A program made the position numbers and the translations under genes. The notes below the pieces were generated by a model. That model worked only from the letters and a program-made list of their open reading frames with translations. It was not told where the DNA came from and searched no databases. A DNA stretch of 64,000 bases from Balanoglossus misakiensis (lineage: Eukaryota; Animalia; Hemichordata): assembly GCA_040954595.2 (NCBI GenBank), contig CM082596.2, forward strand, positions 9,320,461 to 9,384,460. Direction: 5' to 3'. Positions 23,823 to 38,500 of the stretch are shown here, piece by piece (the first letter of the stretch is position 1; each line of letters opens with the position of its first letter).

Positions 23823-26129
23823 AGGCCGATTTACACGAGGCAACTCGGTAGACAACTCGGCAGGCAACCCGGAGTTGCTCGTTGAATTGCCTCGTGCGTA
23901 TGATATAGTCGCGTCGCTGGAACGTGTCTGGCGACGTCGCCTCGAAATCCGTCATGTCAGATTTTCGGGCGACGAGTAGCGTGACGCGCAAGCGATTGCC
24001 CTGTGATACCTCAATACATGTTGACATCTGCACATGCGAAAATGGTATTAATTTGTTATTTTACGAACCAGAAACTAGCTGTAGACTCCGGAAAATATTG
24101 GGTTGATAAGTATTTGCTATGAAATAGGACAATTGTATAATATTGTAATAGTTTAATTTTTCAATATAAACTCAAGTTTTTGTGAAATAACATTTCAATT
24201 AATTGTCTTTCCTATGACGGTACGGAAATAAACTACTGTTAATTTCCGTGAAAAAGGTTATGACGATTGGCACTTCAATTGGAACGTATACTTGGTCCAG
24301 CTTGCCAATTCAACAATATCAGATTTTAATTTTTTTTCGTGAGGTTCATTGTGTTTGTTTGTTTTATCTTATTTTTTTTTGGGGGGGGGGGGTTGCCGTA
24401 ACCATATATTATAACCAAATTTCAAGTAAACGTCAGATTATAATTATTGTCCAAAGTTCAATAGTTTTGCACAACCTCGAGTCTCCAATGTAGGCTACGT
24501 CGTAGAACCCGCTTTTTGGGTAAAAGTTATTTCTTTGTCTGTGACGACATCATGCATACTCTGGCTCAGCAATCTCAAAAAATGTTGCACCAAAACTTAA
24601 TATAGCTTTCCACAGAATCATTGAAAGATTGTGGTTACCTTATGCGGGTACGTTTGTTCAAGTAGACTTGACACCAAATCTTCTCTGTCACTGGAACTCT
24701 ACCTTTTGACCCCTATGAAACCTATATTTAAATACTCACTTTCTTTCTTCCGTATGGTATCAATAAACAAGAAAGACAAAAAAACTTTGACGAGAGAATA
24801 GATTTTGTATTTGCAATGACGGCAGTACCGAAAACGAGAACCATTTCCTTTTGCAAAGTAAATTTAATAACGTTTTAAATTATCTCCCAACCCGGTACTC
24901 CACAAAGCCGAATCTAGATAAATTTGGAATTGTGCCGTATTTATTTCCTCATCACAGACTGCCTCTCCAAGCGTACATCATGAACAATTTAGGCAGAAAT
25001 AATTGGGCCACATCAATTACTAGTACATTTTGTTTTCGTATAGGTTGGGCTATGTCTGGGTGGTGCAAGAAGCTGGAAATAAAAATTCGAGTTGATTTTT
25101 ATTTGGTTCTATTAATTTTTTTCTCTGTAAAATCTGAGTAAACGATTGACAGAGAATGTTACTGTAAGTCTATTTTCTGATATGAAGCGGTGGCCTTGAA
25201 AAATAGGCCTAATAAAGCATTGTTGTTTATATATGCGGCTAGTCTGGCCGTTGGAAATCAGGCTTGCTCAGCGTGGCTGGTGTAACCTTCCCAAAGGTTA
25301 CAAAAAGTAGAGAGTGTAATAATGTCATACACGAGTAGGAGCGCTTTTTCTTCCTCTCTGGGGCTTGGGCCTGGAAGTAAAATCTGGACACTCCATTAGC
25401 CCTACGGAACGTTTCAAACAAATTGCTCGTTCCAATCAGTTATGTCGAAATGGAAATACTATTCTTAAATTACATTTTCCTATAACGTGTTTCACCAAAG
25501 GGCGAAACACTTAAAACGTTTATCTAACAACGGGAACGATGGCGAATTTTGTTTCTTTGTAACGAGAGTGATGGAACTCTTCGATGATTTGTTTCTATCG
25601 GGTCGATGGGCCGATTCCCGGAAGACAAGCCACCACAAGAGGGTGCACTATGCAGGCTACTCGGGAAAGCTTTGAAAGAATGCATGAAAACCAAAAGAAT
25701 TTGTCCGCTCAATTCAATACAACGCAGTAAATACGTGACCCTTCACCTCTTTGTTTTAAAGCAGTGGTACGTACACATTCAATGACAATGGTGTTTGCAA
25801 GGAAAACTTGACAAAATAAGTCAATTGTATTCATTTCTATATTTCTAGAAAATCATTTTGGTAACATGTACACAATAATCATCTTACTCGAAGGCACACA
25901 AGCAATGAACAACACGATGTCCCCTCGTTTATATAGTTCAAACTTTTCATTTTTAGTAATTTTGCTTTGTGTATCTGCTGTTTCTAATTCCAGAAATTGT
26001 GTGGCGACGCAATTTTATTTATTTTTTCCCCTTCAAGTCAGTTTTATAGTTTTATCAATATAGTCACATGTATACTGTTCATGCAGTCACTGATCACCCG
26101 CCCCTAAGTGTCCAGTGTTTTATAGATAT

Positions 26130-26605
26130 TGTTACGATCTGTATAAAGGTCAAATACGATTTCAAGGGTCAATTAATCCAGAGCTCGGGAATGTCTATGT
26201 TTGATAGTATTTGATTTTATGTATTTGAAGTAGATAGGGAGAGCGGGTGACTGTTTAACTGACTGCTCTGGTTGTCAATCATCACCGAACTGACTTGTAA
26301 ATTGGTACGTATAGAGTTGAATTGATGCCAAATGAGATTGTAACACATTGTATTTGTGATATTTTGCATGGTTAACCACGCCTTGAGAAAAGTAATTATA
26401 AGAGAAGCTTGTTTCTAAAGTTGGGAGGAGAATAATCTAACGTGAGATGGGAGTACCTCAGGCTACTGAGTTCGTTCCCTTCCTCATTTACTTTACTGGG
26501 CGTATTTGATGTACTTTAGTAATTCTCGACAATAAATGAACGTGAATCAGATACGTGTCTCCGTGGATCACTGTTCTCGTCAGAGCCCGTTACCTCATCG
26601 CTACA
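26130..26605 (+). mobile_element. Possible solo LTR
   Basis: TGTTA...CTACA termini, TATAA near 26396 and AATAAA at 26531; TSD match is poor. Confidence 0.35.
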
Positions 26606-26813
26606 GATTCCCCGATGCATGAACAACTCATGAGATACCAGCGGTAATAATATAGCTGAAACAGTTCGAGTTTGCCGTTGCCGTCACCAAAAACCAGAAA
26701 AAAGGGGCGACGCGCTGTTATTCAAGTGACGCGGGCGCTGACCATAATCATTTCATTGTTTTGCCTTATCAGATGATTTTGTCTCTTATTTGTTTTTTGG
26801 ATAGTATTGTCTA

Positions 26814-29800
26814 TAGTCCATGGGCCAGAGACCGAAACCCTCCCCCCCCCCCCCTGAGGAGTTTTTCAGACATATATTTTTGGAAAGCCTATTTATCCAG
26901 CTGTCAGAATCAGGCTGTTTGCACTCATATTAATGGTGGGTGTGGCCGTGAGGAGCGGTTGTCATGGTAACGATAGCATAATTTTAGGGGTACTCATACA
27001 GTTAAAAAAATGATATATTTCAGGATCTGAGAAAGCTAGAGAAAAATTTAAACATTGGGTCTTATAAAGTAGGGAACGGGCTATCCAATGTTTACATGAC
27101 CGACAAGGTCAGAGGTCAAGTTCATCTTCAAAACGCGAGGTCAAAGTAACAATTTCGCTATTTTTTGCACATCGATCATACATAGTTTCGATTTACTGGA
27201 AAACGGTTTGCTCGAGGAGGCTGTAAATTGGTCATCAGGTAGCAAGGAATATTAGCTTTAAGAAAAATAGGCCTATTTTCGTCTTTGGTTGTAATTTATA
27301 TTAAAATTATGTAACCATAACGACGGATAGAAGATTTTGCGAAATTCCCCAAAATAAGAAACTTGCTATATCTTTGCTACCAATTAAGCTTTAGATAAAA
27401 TTTAAACACTCAAACTTTTGTTGTCGGATGCGAGCTTTTGATTGCTAAATTGAACTTTGGGGTTCAAGGTCAAGGTCATCCTCAAATTTCAGGTCACAGT
27501 GACAAAATGGGCATTATGGACTTTGTTCAAAATGACATTTTACGGCGAGCGTTTACTACACTGTTGGGATCTAGAATGCTATAATTTTGTATATTTTGAT
27601 ATTAATATTCAAATAAGATGCCACTTTGATTTCTGGATATTATTATATAAAAAAACGCGACCGTGGGAGTGCGAGTCATGCTGATTTATGCGTTATCCCA
27701 TGATGCCACTGTAGCAATAGTCCAGACAAACCGATCGAATATCTGTGTTTTAGGCACAGAGATTTTTTGGAAATTGTGCGTAAAGCACTTAAGACACATT
27801 ATATACTCAAAAGCAATGTTTTTAAATCACAATCAATCATAATCATACAAAATGAATGCTACGTTTTTAAAAAAAACGTTTGCTCATGTGGAAATGTTTT
27901 CCGGTTGTTTGTCATTGCATGGCCTCCATCTTGCTGATGAAACGTCCAGCGCTAGGTTCTGCAACTTTTTATCATGGTGTAAAGGTAGGGAACACAGTCA
28001 ATGCCTGAGATGGATTGTGATCTTTTGACTTCCCAGCCTGCTAATGAACTTTTGGAAATAGTTCACAATTTTGTGGAACACATCATTGAACATCATTTCC
28101 CGCTTATGGCTGAGTTCAGACAAGAGAGGAGTAACTTTTAACTTTTGGTATGACTTTGTGTAGAGTATTGCTGCCATTACATCTCTACCCACCGGTGGAA
28201 ATGTAAGTGCATTAAGAAATGGTGATTGAGATATTTGCCAAACTGCTAAGAATCAGCTATTATTACCTCTGTTGTTTTGTGCCAATCGAAACGGACTATG
28301 CAAGATACATGTCAGTACTTATTCTGGTGACGCATGGAATACCCAAAAGTGTACAAGAGTCATTAAATAAGGAGGATTCATGGCAAACTTATCTGACGAT
28401 TCACTAAAGGGTGCTGGTGGTGTTATAGGATTAAAGATGAGAGGTTTAGCACTTGAAAAGTGGTTTTGGGTGGACCGATTACTGCAAAGTTCTCTGATAC
28501 ATTTCACAAATAAATATGCAGTATTGGTAAACAAAATAAGATCCGATATGGAAAAGCAGTCAAAAGATATGGCTGGGGTTTTTTTCTGAGCAAATAATTA
28601 TACAAGAAGAACCTGACAAACCGTGTAAGTGCTTCTATCATAGTATGACTTGCGGCAATGTAAAAACATGACAAAAATGAAGAAGACGGTTTATCTTTGA
28701 TTACCTGCTGTTAATACAAGTTAGAAGATGCCACTCATTGGAGTCATTGAAAATTCCAACGTTCCTCTCTGTTTGTTTTCAGATGATGGACTTAAAATTC
28801 ATTTCCAGGAGACAGATAGACTAGACTTGAGGCTGCCGATGCCATAGTTTATGTTGACCATTCAGTCTCTGTCTGGTCCTAATCTTGTAGACAGAATCAC
28901 TTTTATCGATATAGCAATAGGATTTATGGAATACATAATGTAGAATAGAGGCCGAATTTTAGGTCCTGTTGATAATTCGCAAATACACATGATCATTGAT
29001 AATTATGATGCCAAACGGATCAAAGGATCAAAGTCCAAACACGTGATGTGAGCGTTGCACCAGCACATCATATAATACTTGATCTAGTTGCTCCGACAAA
29101 ATGGACGGCATTCTTGCTTACCACTAGTCTGAAAACAAAGCAAATTTTGCAAAATGCTACACATTATGAAAAAAGTAGATCTCAACATTGGTCAAAAATG
29201 AATTGTAAGTGGAGGACCAAACTTCACCACTTTTGTTGTCGCAAGAGATACAGTGAAGAAGCAGATACGCGGATTGTTCTTAGTTCTACACGCAATTGCA
29301 GCGTCTGATAGAGGGGCAAGATGACTCCTTACGTCAACTTGTCATATCAACAGAAATCATCTTGATAAGAATGTGCTAAATATGATAAAACTTTGTACAT
29401 ATTTAAACTGAAATACCATAGAATGGCCACAATATAAGTTGAATATAGTATTTTTACAGTAAAAGCATGCTGATAATGTATGTCCCTTTATAGCAATTGC
29501 AAATGCACGTTCGCATATTTCAAGAAATATACCAATTTTACTAAATCTTGAATTCATCAGCTCGCCATGGGAATTGAAAATGTCATCAAGCATTTTCAAA
29601 CTCTCAGAACTTAACTTTAAAATGGTGTATGACACAAAATGTTGTATGGCCAAGTCAGAGAGTTCGTTTTTTCTGGGGAGATCTGCAACACTAATTAGAG
29701 TTGGGATATTGAATTTTGACCCCATCTTTTGAAGGTGACCCTGAACTTTAAATTTAAAATATCAAAATATACAAAATTATAGCATTCTAGATCCCAACAG

Positions 29801-31234
29801 TGTAGTAAACGCTCGCCGTAAAATGTCATTTTGAACCGAAATTTGAGGATGACCTTGACCTTGAACCCCAAAGTTCAATTAAGCAATCAAAAGCTCGCAT
29901 CCGACAATACAAGTTTGAGTGTTTAAATTTTATCTAAAGCTTAATTGGCAGCAAAGATATAGCAAGTTTCTTATTTTGGGGAATTTCGCAAAATCTTCTA
30001 TCCGTCGTTATGGTTACAGAATTTTAATATAAATTACAACCAAAGACGAAAATAGGCCTATTTTTCTTAAAGCTAATATTCCTTGCTACCTGATGACCAA
30101 TTTACAGCCTCCTCGAGCAAACCGTTTTCCAGTAAATCAAAACTATGTATGACCGATATGCAAAAAATAGCGAAATGTTAACTTTGACCCCGCGTTTTGA
30201 AGATGAACTTGACCTCTGACCTTGTCGGTCGTGTAATAATTGGATAGCCCGTACCCTACTTTATAATACTGAATGTTTAAATTTTTTCTCTAGCTCTCTC
30301 AGAACCTGAAATATCTCATTTTAACTGTATGAGTACTCTTGCTATTCCTACCATTCATTTTGTTGTCATTAAAACAGCAGGTTTTGCATATTAAGTATAT
30401 GTAAACAGCAAAACAAATTAAAATCTTTGTAAACAATACACATCTCTATCTGGAGATCAAATTATAGCATTCTAGAACCAAACAGTGTTTAGTAAACGCT
30501 CGCCGTAAAATGTCATTTTGAACAAAAATCCATAATGTCCATTTTGTCACTTTGACCTGAAATTTGAGGATGACCTTGACCTTGAACCCCAAAGTTCAAG
30601 TTAGCAATGAAAAGATCGCACCCGACATTATAAGTTTGAGTGTTTAAATTTTATCAAAAGCTTAATTGGTAGCAAAGATATAGCAGGATTCTTATTTTTG
30701 TGATTTTCGCAAAATCTGCTATCCGTCGTTATGGTAACATAATTTTAATATAACTTAATATCAAAGACGTGAATCAGCTTATTTTTCATGAACCTAATGT
30801 TCCATGCTACCTGATGACCAATTTACAGCCTCCTCGAGCAAACCGTTTTCCAGTAAATCGAAACTATGTATGATCGATGTGCAAAAAATAGCGAAATTTT
30901 TACTTTGACCCCGCGTTTTGAAGATGAACTTGACCTCTGACCTTGTCGGTCATGTAATCATTGGATAGCCCGTCCCCTACTTTATAAGACCCAATGTTTA
31001 AATTTTTTCTCTAGCTTTCTCAGATCCTGAAATATATCATTTTTTAACTGTATGAGTACCCCTAAAATTATGCTATCGTTACCATGACAACCGCTCCTCA
31101 CGGCCACACCCACCATTAATATGAGTGCAAACAACCTGATTCTGACAGCTGGATAAATAGGCTTTCCAAAAATATATGTCTGCAAAACTCCTCAGGGGGG
31201 GGGGGGAGGGTTTCGGTCTCTGGCCCATGGACTA
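26814..31234 (+). mobile_element. Academ (classical type) DNA transposon relic with ~800-bp TIRs
   Basis: CTA|TAGTCCATGGGCCAGAGACCGAAACCC ... GGGTTTCGGTCTCTGGCCCATGGACTA|CTA (3-bp TSD, TAG termini). TIR arms ~26814-27610 and ~30460-31234, plus an extra partial right-arm copy at ~29755-30340. Confidence 0.9.
28200..29600 (+). pseudogene. Highly degenerate Academ transposase fragments
   Basis: Scattered motifs DYARYM, GGVIGL..ALEKWF and SEEADTRIVL (HEEADTR of the Academ XPG/PIN-like region) among many stops. Confidence 0.65.
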
Positions 31235-31582
31235 CTAAGTTGTCTAAGGCAGAGCGTGTCAGGAGCGTGCGCAACATGCGTAATTTGACAAAGTGTGGCG
31301 CTTTGAAAGGCATCTCATTGATGTCAGTGCATCCATGCAAATTTGATTGTTTATATGCATGGTTGTATAACAGTGGTGACATGGTAAAGAATTTGACCAA
31401 TCAAAAATAACTTTACGACAGAGTGCTGCATTGGTGAGTTTTTTTTTGACAGCTCAATCTGCATGCTACCAACAACTGTATTCTGTTTGCTTCACCTGTT
31501 GTTTTATCCTTTACACCTCCTTACGATGTCATTTTCACTTCTGTCTATTTAGCATATCGCTCAAGGTATTCATTATATGCAT

Positions 31583-34500
31583 AACACGGTTTTCTTCATA
31601 ATGATTGATCTGGTGATATATGGAAAGTCAATTCTATGTTAAAAGTGGTGACTTTAAAAAATAAAGCAGTCTTTTTGACCTCAATCAATACAAAAATGCC
31701 ATTTTTGGCCATTTTTTGAGGTCAAAAAAGGTCATTTTTACAAAAAAACTAAAAATAAATTGTGTTTTTCATATTCAAAGATCATTCGATATATTAAATG
31801 TCCATTCTATGTAAAAAATGGTTCTGATTCCAGAAATAGCAGTCTTATTGACCCTACTCAAGAAAAAATGCCATTTTTGCCACTTTTTGACCAAAAACGT
31901 CATTTTTAGAAAACACTCAAAATTTATATATTTTCTTCACTTTTGGAGATCTGATAATGTATTATATGCCCACCCTATGTAAAATTTGGTGATTATTCCA
32001 AAAAAGCAGATTTATTGACCCAACCTAATGCAAAAATGCCCTTTTGGAAAGTTTTTGCCCAAAAAGGCCATTTTTAGAAAAAAAATTAAAAACAAACTTT
32101 TCTTCATAAAGCTCAGAGATCATGTGATATAGGAAATGTTCATCCTATGTAAAAAATGGTGCTGATTCCAGAAATAGCAGTCTTATTGATCCTACTCAAG
32201 AATAAATGCCATTTTTGCCACTTTTTGCCCCAAAAACGTCATTTTCAGAAAACACTCAAAATTTATATATTTTCTTCACTTTCGGAGATCTGATAATGTA
32301 TTATATGCCCACTATATGTGAAAAATTTCCAAAAAAGCAGTTTTATTGATGCCACTCAAGATAAAAGTGCCTTTTTCGCAAGTTTTTGCCCAAAACGTGT
32401 CATTTCTAGAAAATACGAAAAATATGCCATTTTCTTCCCATTGGTGATCGAATGATAAATAAAAGTACTAAAAAACCCACTCTTACTGACCCCACTGAGG
32501 AAAAAAATATCATTTTTGCCTCTTTGCTCAAAAAGGTAACTGTTAGAAAAAATAAATACAAACTTATTCCTTCATATTCAGAGCCCTTGTGATGTATGTA
32601 AATTCGTTTTTTTTTTGTTTTTTTTTGTGTGCAAAAAATATGCTGATACCAGCACAACGGTCTTATTGAGACACCCCGCTCAGTACAAAATTGCCATTTA
32701 GCCATCTTTTGGTCAACAATAGGCATTTTCAGAAAACAAATATAATTGATGTTTTTGCCTTTTGTGTTCTGATGTTGTATATGCATATTTAAAACGCCAT
32801 AACCATATAATATCAATTAAATTGATTATATTGAAAGACAGGGTTGCAACAATTTGGCACATTTAGCCCAAAACTGAACTCAACAATAAGATGATCCATG
32901 TATACGCACTGTCTACTATAAGTCGATTATGAGTGGTGTGAAATATTTAGGTTCAGATATGCCAGCTCGGGAGAGATTGTTGAAATTTATTCTCTTCAAT
33001 CTGAATACAAAATCAGAAATTATATTATAATTTATATCATGATACCTCCGTCATACTGATTGGACAGGAGTGCAACCCAATTGAGCGATGCTAGAATACT
33101 CAATAGAGCACTGCTAAAACTGGCCCCTGAACTAACACGCAGCAGGGAAAATGTGGGCTTAAACCAAATAAACATAAAATCCTTGACGTTTTAATTTGGA
33201 ACTGCTGTATGGGAATATTTGGGCAATGTGCAAAGCCTTTCTTTTGTCATCTGTATCATGTTTAGAGCTTGGTCCCGGGCGGCGTGTTTACATTCATCGA
33301 CGCGAGTTTTGTTCAATTCGTAACTTCTTTTCCTCTCGACGCTGTTTCATCATCATTATGAGTTCAACTTGGGCTAAATTTGCAAAAACTCCAAATACAA
33401 ACATTTTTTCGGTACAAAATGGCTAAAAGGATAAATTTTTCTTGAGTAGATCTATTTTTGGCTACAAATAGCCAAAAAGGCAATTTTGACTAGAGTGGGG
33501 CCAACCAGACTGCCGTTTTTGGAATAGTCACCAAATTTTACACAGAATGGACTTTTCATACATGATCAGATCTCTGAATATGAAGAAAACAATTTGTCTT
33601 TAGTTTGTTTGTTTTTAATGAACATTTTTGACCAAAAAAGTGGCCGAAATTACAAATTTCAATTGAATAGGGTAAGTAAGACTTCCTTTATTGGAACAGT
33701 AACCACGTTGCAATATAGAATGGGCTTTTATTTATAATAAGATCACCGAAAGTGAAGAAAAGAGAATGCTATTAATATATTCTTAAAAATAACAATTTTG
33801 TGCAAAACTTAGCCAAAAAGGTGATTTAATCATGGTTCAGGTCATTAAGACTGCATTTCTGGAAACAACACCTATTTTACAATAAATGTACTTTTCACAC
33901 ATCATAGAATCTCCAAATAAGAATCAAACAGTTTGTTTATAATGATTTTCGAAAAGTGGCTTTTTGGGCAAAAACTTGTAAAAAAGCACTGTTTTCTTGA
34001 GTGGCGCCAGTAAAAATTTTTTTTTAATTTTTTCACATAGAGTGGGTATATAATACATCATCATCTCCGAAAGTGAAGAAAATATAAAAGTTTTGGGTGT
34101 TTTGTAGAAATGACACTTTTTGGGCAAAAACTTGCCTAAAGGCACTTTTATCTTGAGTGGCATCAAAAAAAATGCTTTTTTGGAAATTTTTCACATATAG
34201 TGGGCATATAATACATTATCAGATCTCCGAAAGTGAAGAAAATATATAAATTTTGAGTGTTTTCTGAAAATGACGTTTTTGGGGCAAAAAGTGGCAAAAA
34301 TGGCATTTTTTCTTGAGTAGGATCAATAAGACTGCTATTTCTGGAATTAGCACCATTTTTTACATAGGATGAACATTTCATATATCACATGATCTCTGAG
34401 CTTTATGAAGAAAAGTTTGTTTTTAAATTTTTTTCTAAAAACGGCCTTTTTGGGCAAAAACTTTCCAAAAGGGCATTTTTGCATTAGGTTGGGTCAATAA

Positions 34501-35254
34501 ATCTGCTTTTTTGGAATAATCACCACATTTTACATAGGATGGGCATACAATACATTATCAGATCTCCAAAAGTGAAGAAAATATATAAATTTTGAGTGTT
34601 TTCTAAAAATGACGTTTTTGGGCAAAAAGTGGCAAAAATGGCATTTTTTCTTGAGTAGGGTCAATAAGACTGCTATTTCTGGAATCAGAACCATTTTTTA
34701 CATAGAATGGACATTTCATATATCCAATGATCTCTAAATATGAAAAACACAATTTATTTTTAGTTTTTTTTGTAAAAATGACCTTTTTTGACCTCAAAAA
34801 GTGGCCAAAAATGGCATTTTTGTATTGATTGAGGTCAAAAAGACTGCTTTATTTTTTAAAGTCACCACTTTTAACATAGAATTGACTTTCCATATATCAC
34901 CAGATCAATCATTATGAAGAAAACCGTGTTTTTTAATTTTTTTCTAAAAATGACGTTTTTTGGGCAAAAAATGGTCAAAAAGAAAATTTTCTGTTGTTTT
35001 GGGTCAATCGAACTTCTTTTTTCGTAATATTCACCAAATTTTACAGAGAATAAGCATATCATATGTCATCAGATCTCAGAATGTGACGAAAACAGTGTGT
35101 TTTTAGTGTTTTCTAAAAAAGACAATTTTTGGGTTAAAAATGGCCAAAATGGCAATTTTGTCTTGAGTGGGGTCAATAAGACTGACTTTTTTGGAATCAG
35201 CACCATTTTTTACACAGAATGGACTTCTCAAACCTTCCTTACCAAAAATTCTGA
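31583..35254. repeat. Foldback-like structure: inverted arrays of diverged ~126-bp AT-rich units
   Basis: 31583-32408 is a near-identical inverted copy of 34104-34930. More diverged units extend to ~32760 and over ~33380-35250, with an unrelated spacer between. Confidence 0.85.
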
Positions 35255-35514
35255 TTAAAGGCACCTAAGCTGTAACTGTCGGCATTATTTTCATTATTTT
35301 ACATTCAAATGAAAGATTGCTCATGTAGATATACTTATTGAAGCGTACATAAACACATATATTTGACCAGCGACAAAAATCGCACGCGTAACTACGAGCA
35401 AGACATATAATAAAACGTTGCGGCAAGCGATTATGGCGGCGTCCAGGGCAGGAGTACACAGATTACACAGAAAACGCGAGTCTCGCGCATGCGCAGTAAA
35501 TTCTTCACGAGAAC

Positions 35515-38500
35515 ATGGCGTCCCGCACAGCTAAACGTCGGCCAGGCCGGCCGGCTGTGACAGACTCGGCGAAGAAGAGGAGACAGCAACAAAGCAATTT
35601 GACACAACATCGGTCCATGGTGTATATCGGACGGCAGATGGATAGATGGATTGAATTAATCGACGAAACAGGGCTTTCAAACCCCGATTTGGCCAAGGAG
35701 CTAATTGATTGGTAAGTAGGACGGGCTTTCGAACTGCGGTCATGCCTTGGACAAATCAGCAATACACGTACATGATCGTCATATTTTGGCTTTTGAAATG
35801 ACATTTATGACCATCCAAATGTTCGGAAATACCAAAACTCGAATCAAAATCACGACAACATCTCAAACTCGCCTATGTTCGGTGCGTCACTGTCAACGTA
35901 GTGAACAACCCTTTGTAGTTTTTGTTAGCATGTCAATGTTTACACACTGTGTAAAGTGTAAATCGTCATTTTAACTCTTCGTCTAAATCTTCGTCCATCG
36001 TGTTCTTTTGTCCGCCGGTTTCAAATCCGTAAGATTTGTTAAACATCTGATCAAATATTTCGATTTCTGATCTTGTCACAGTTACAATAAAAACCGAAAT
36101 GAACAGTCACCGGACTCCCTAGACCAAGGTACTACATTTCAGCCTGTTCCAAGCACGAGTGGTCAAGCTTCGTCACACGTGACGGTTGGCGTTGAGCCAT
36201 TGCAGCAAGACATTTCGTGCTCATCTTCAGTTTCATCTGGTCATGGGTAAGTAATATTTTTAACCTGTTTTGTATAAATCGCCCATACCATTGTCGGTTA
36301 ACTTGTTATCAGGTGTGTAAGAAGTTCAGGTTTGTGTTCAACATGGGTTCATGCATGTAAAACAGGGTTCAATCCTGCAAACAAAGGGAAAATCCATTTA
36401 CGTTGTACTTCACAAATAAACCAAGTGCAGCTCTCTTGATCTCAAACACAAACATTTGAGTCAAGTAAATCTGTTCATCTTTTAGACACTAGAGAAAAAT
36501 CAGGATTGAATAACAATATTATCTAAATTGGTGTTTGTACAACTTCATAATTTATGGGTACATGTATTTTTAAAGGAAACTACCCTCCAAACATCCTCGA
36601 AGTTCAACACCCACTGCAGGCCAACAACATATTGCAAGAATGTCTGAGATGTCAGAGATGTCATCAATTGTGTCCAGTGATCATGGGTAAGAATTTTTAT
36701 TCATTTACTCAGGGCTCTACCTAGGCATTTGCTATTTACAATCCTTGAATTTTATGTTCTTATTGACCTATGGTCCATAACAAGACAATCTGACAATTTA
36801 ATGGTCATAGACCTAGTAGTGCTTTTGCTTTTGGACTGAGTATACTGTGCCTTATAGTCTGCTAGTATAACACTATAAAAAACTTTTCTACAAGTCAACA
36901 TGGGTATTATAATACTACTTTCAAGTTTCACAATATGTGAACAACAATTTGTGCCAATTTCTAAAACTTGTTTGAATGTTTCAGGGAAACGAGTCAAATG
37001 TCAGGAATAGAAGAACTCCCTGCATTGTCTGGCTCAACCAAGACACAAGATAAGACAAGGTATGTAACAACTTTCTGTACCATGTGGTCAAAATGAGAAG
37101 CAGTTTTTATCAGGACATCTGAATTTCAAGTTTGTTATGACAGAAATTTTGACAATAACAATAATGTTTTAATGATTTATTTTACAGTGATAAAACCAGA
37201 AGAAGAAAGAGCACAATGACTGAATCATTTGTAGATCCATTTGAGTAAGTGTATGTTGGGCATATTTGTACATTGAACATGCTAGATTATATCCACAACA
37301 AATGTAAAAAAAAATTATGTATTGTTGGTGATTCATGTCATTTTAAGATTAGTCAAAACTGTAATAAAAACATTTTTTTTTGAGTGAAGAGAAGTAGTGA
37401 AGTTGCCAGAGTTACAGAGCTAACTAATACTAATGTCAAAGTGATTAGTACTATAAAGTTGAACAAATACCTAGAATTAATTGTTAGTGGAGCTTTAAAT
37501 TTTTGGTTAAATCTATTTTGTTTGATTTCCCATTTATATTTTCATCCATGCATATCTTATCATAATCTACAGTGTGACTATAGATATAACAGGAGATTTC
37601 AATCTGGATCATGACCAAGGTTCTGATGAAGAGGATGACGACCCAGACTATGAACCCAGTATAAATTTAACCATACAGTGAGTATTTTCATTTTTAGAAG
37701 TTTCATTTTTAAATTTCTGGCCTACCTTCCCATTTCCCCCCATTTTTTTTCCTTTGACTTTAATTGAAATTTCATTGTACAGACCCCGGGGAGTGGACCT
37801 AGAGGATCTGGCATCCGAAAACTCGGAGAATGAGGATGACAGTGATGATGACCAGGAGAACATTGAAGAGACCCATGAACAAGATGAAATATCTCCTGGT
37901 ATTGTGAGGGTGCAAATGGGCACAGACGTTGACAGCCTCCTTCAGGAGAAGTTTTATCTAATATCACTGCAGCAGCTTCTCTTGTTGGCTAAAACGGTGA
38001 AACTGTCAACGTGCCGTGAAGGTGGTGAACGAGCATTCGTGGGCACTTGCCTACTGCCAAGGGGTCAGTGAATGCGATCACGGCCCACTTACAGACACAG
38101 AAGACAGGGACAGGGAATGGCTGAAAAAAGGCAGTCCAGCACACAATGCCCTGGTCAGAATTGTTTTTAACAAGCAATTCCTCAGTAAAGTGGATTACTT
38201 GATTAACTTTAGGTAAGGAGTTGAATTAATTTTATGTCTTTCTTATAAAATCATGGTACATGATATCCAGTTTGGTATTTGGTGTATGTATGGTAGTGTT
38301 TCCCAGGTATGATTTGACTAATATCAACATGAGTCACATCCAGTTTACATGACTATTACTGTATCCATTTTATTTATACTTTCCTGGTGGTCACCAGTTT
38401 TGCCAACAAGCTATGCATGTATGTGAATGTTTAATTTAACTCTTACCATGCATCATGTTTTTCAGGAGTACTGCAGAACTAGAGACATTCCAACAGCATA

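Noticed and set aside
22283-23979. Series of overlapping repetitive ORFs / CRISPR-like appearance
   Set aside because: The 127-bp unit is not a multiple of 3 and has no unique spacers; it is a tandem satellite in a eukaryotic context.
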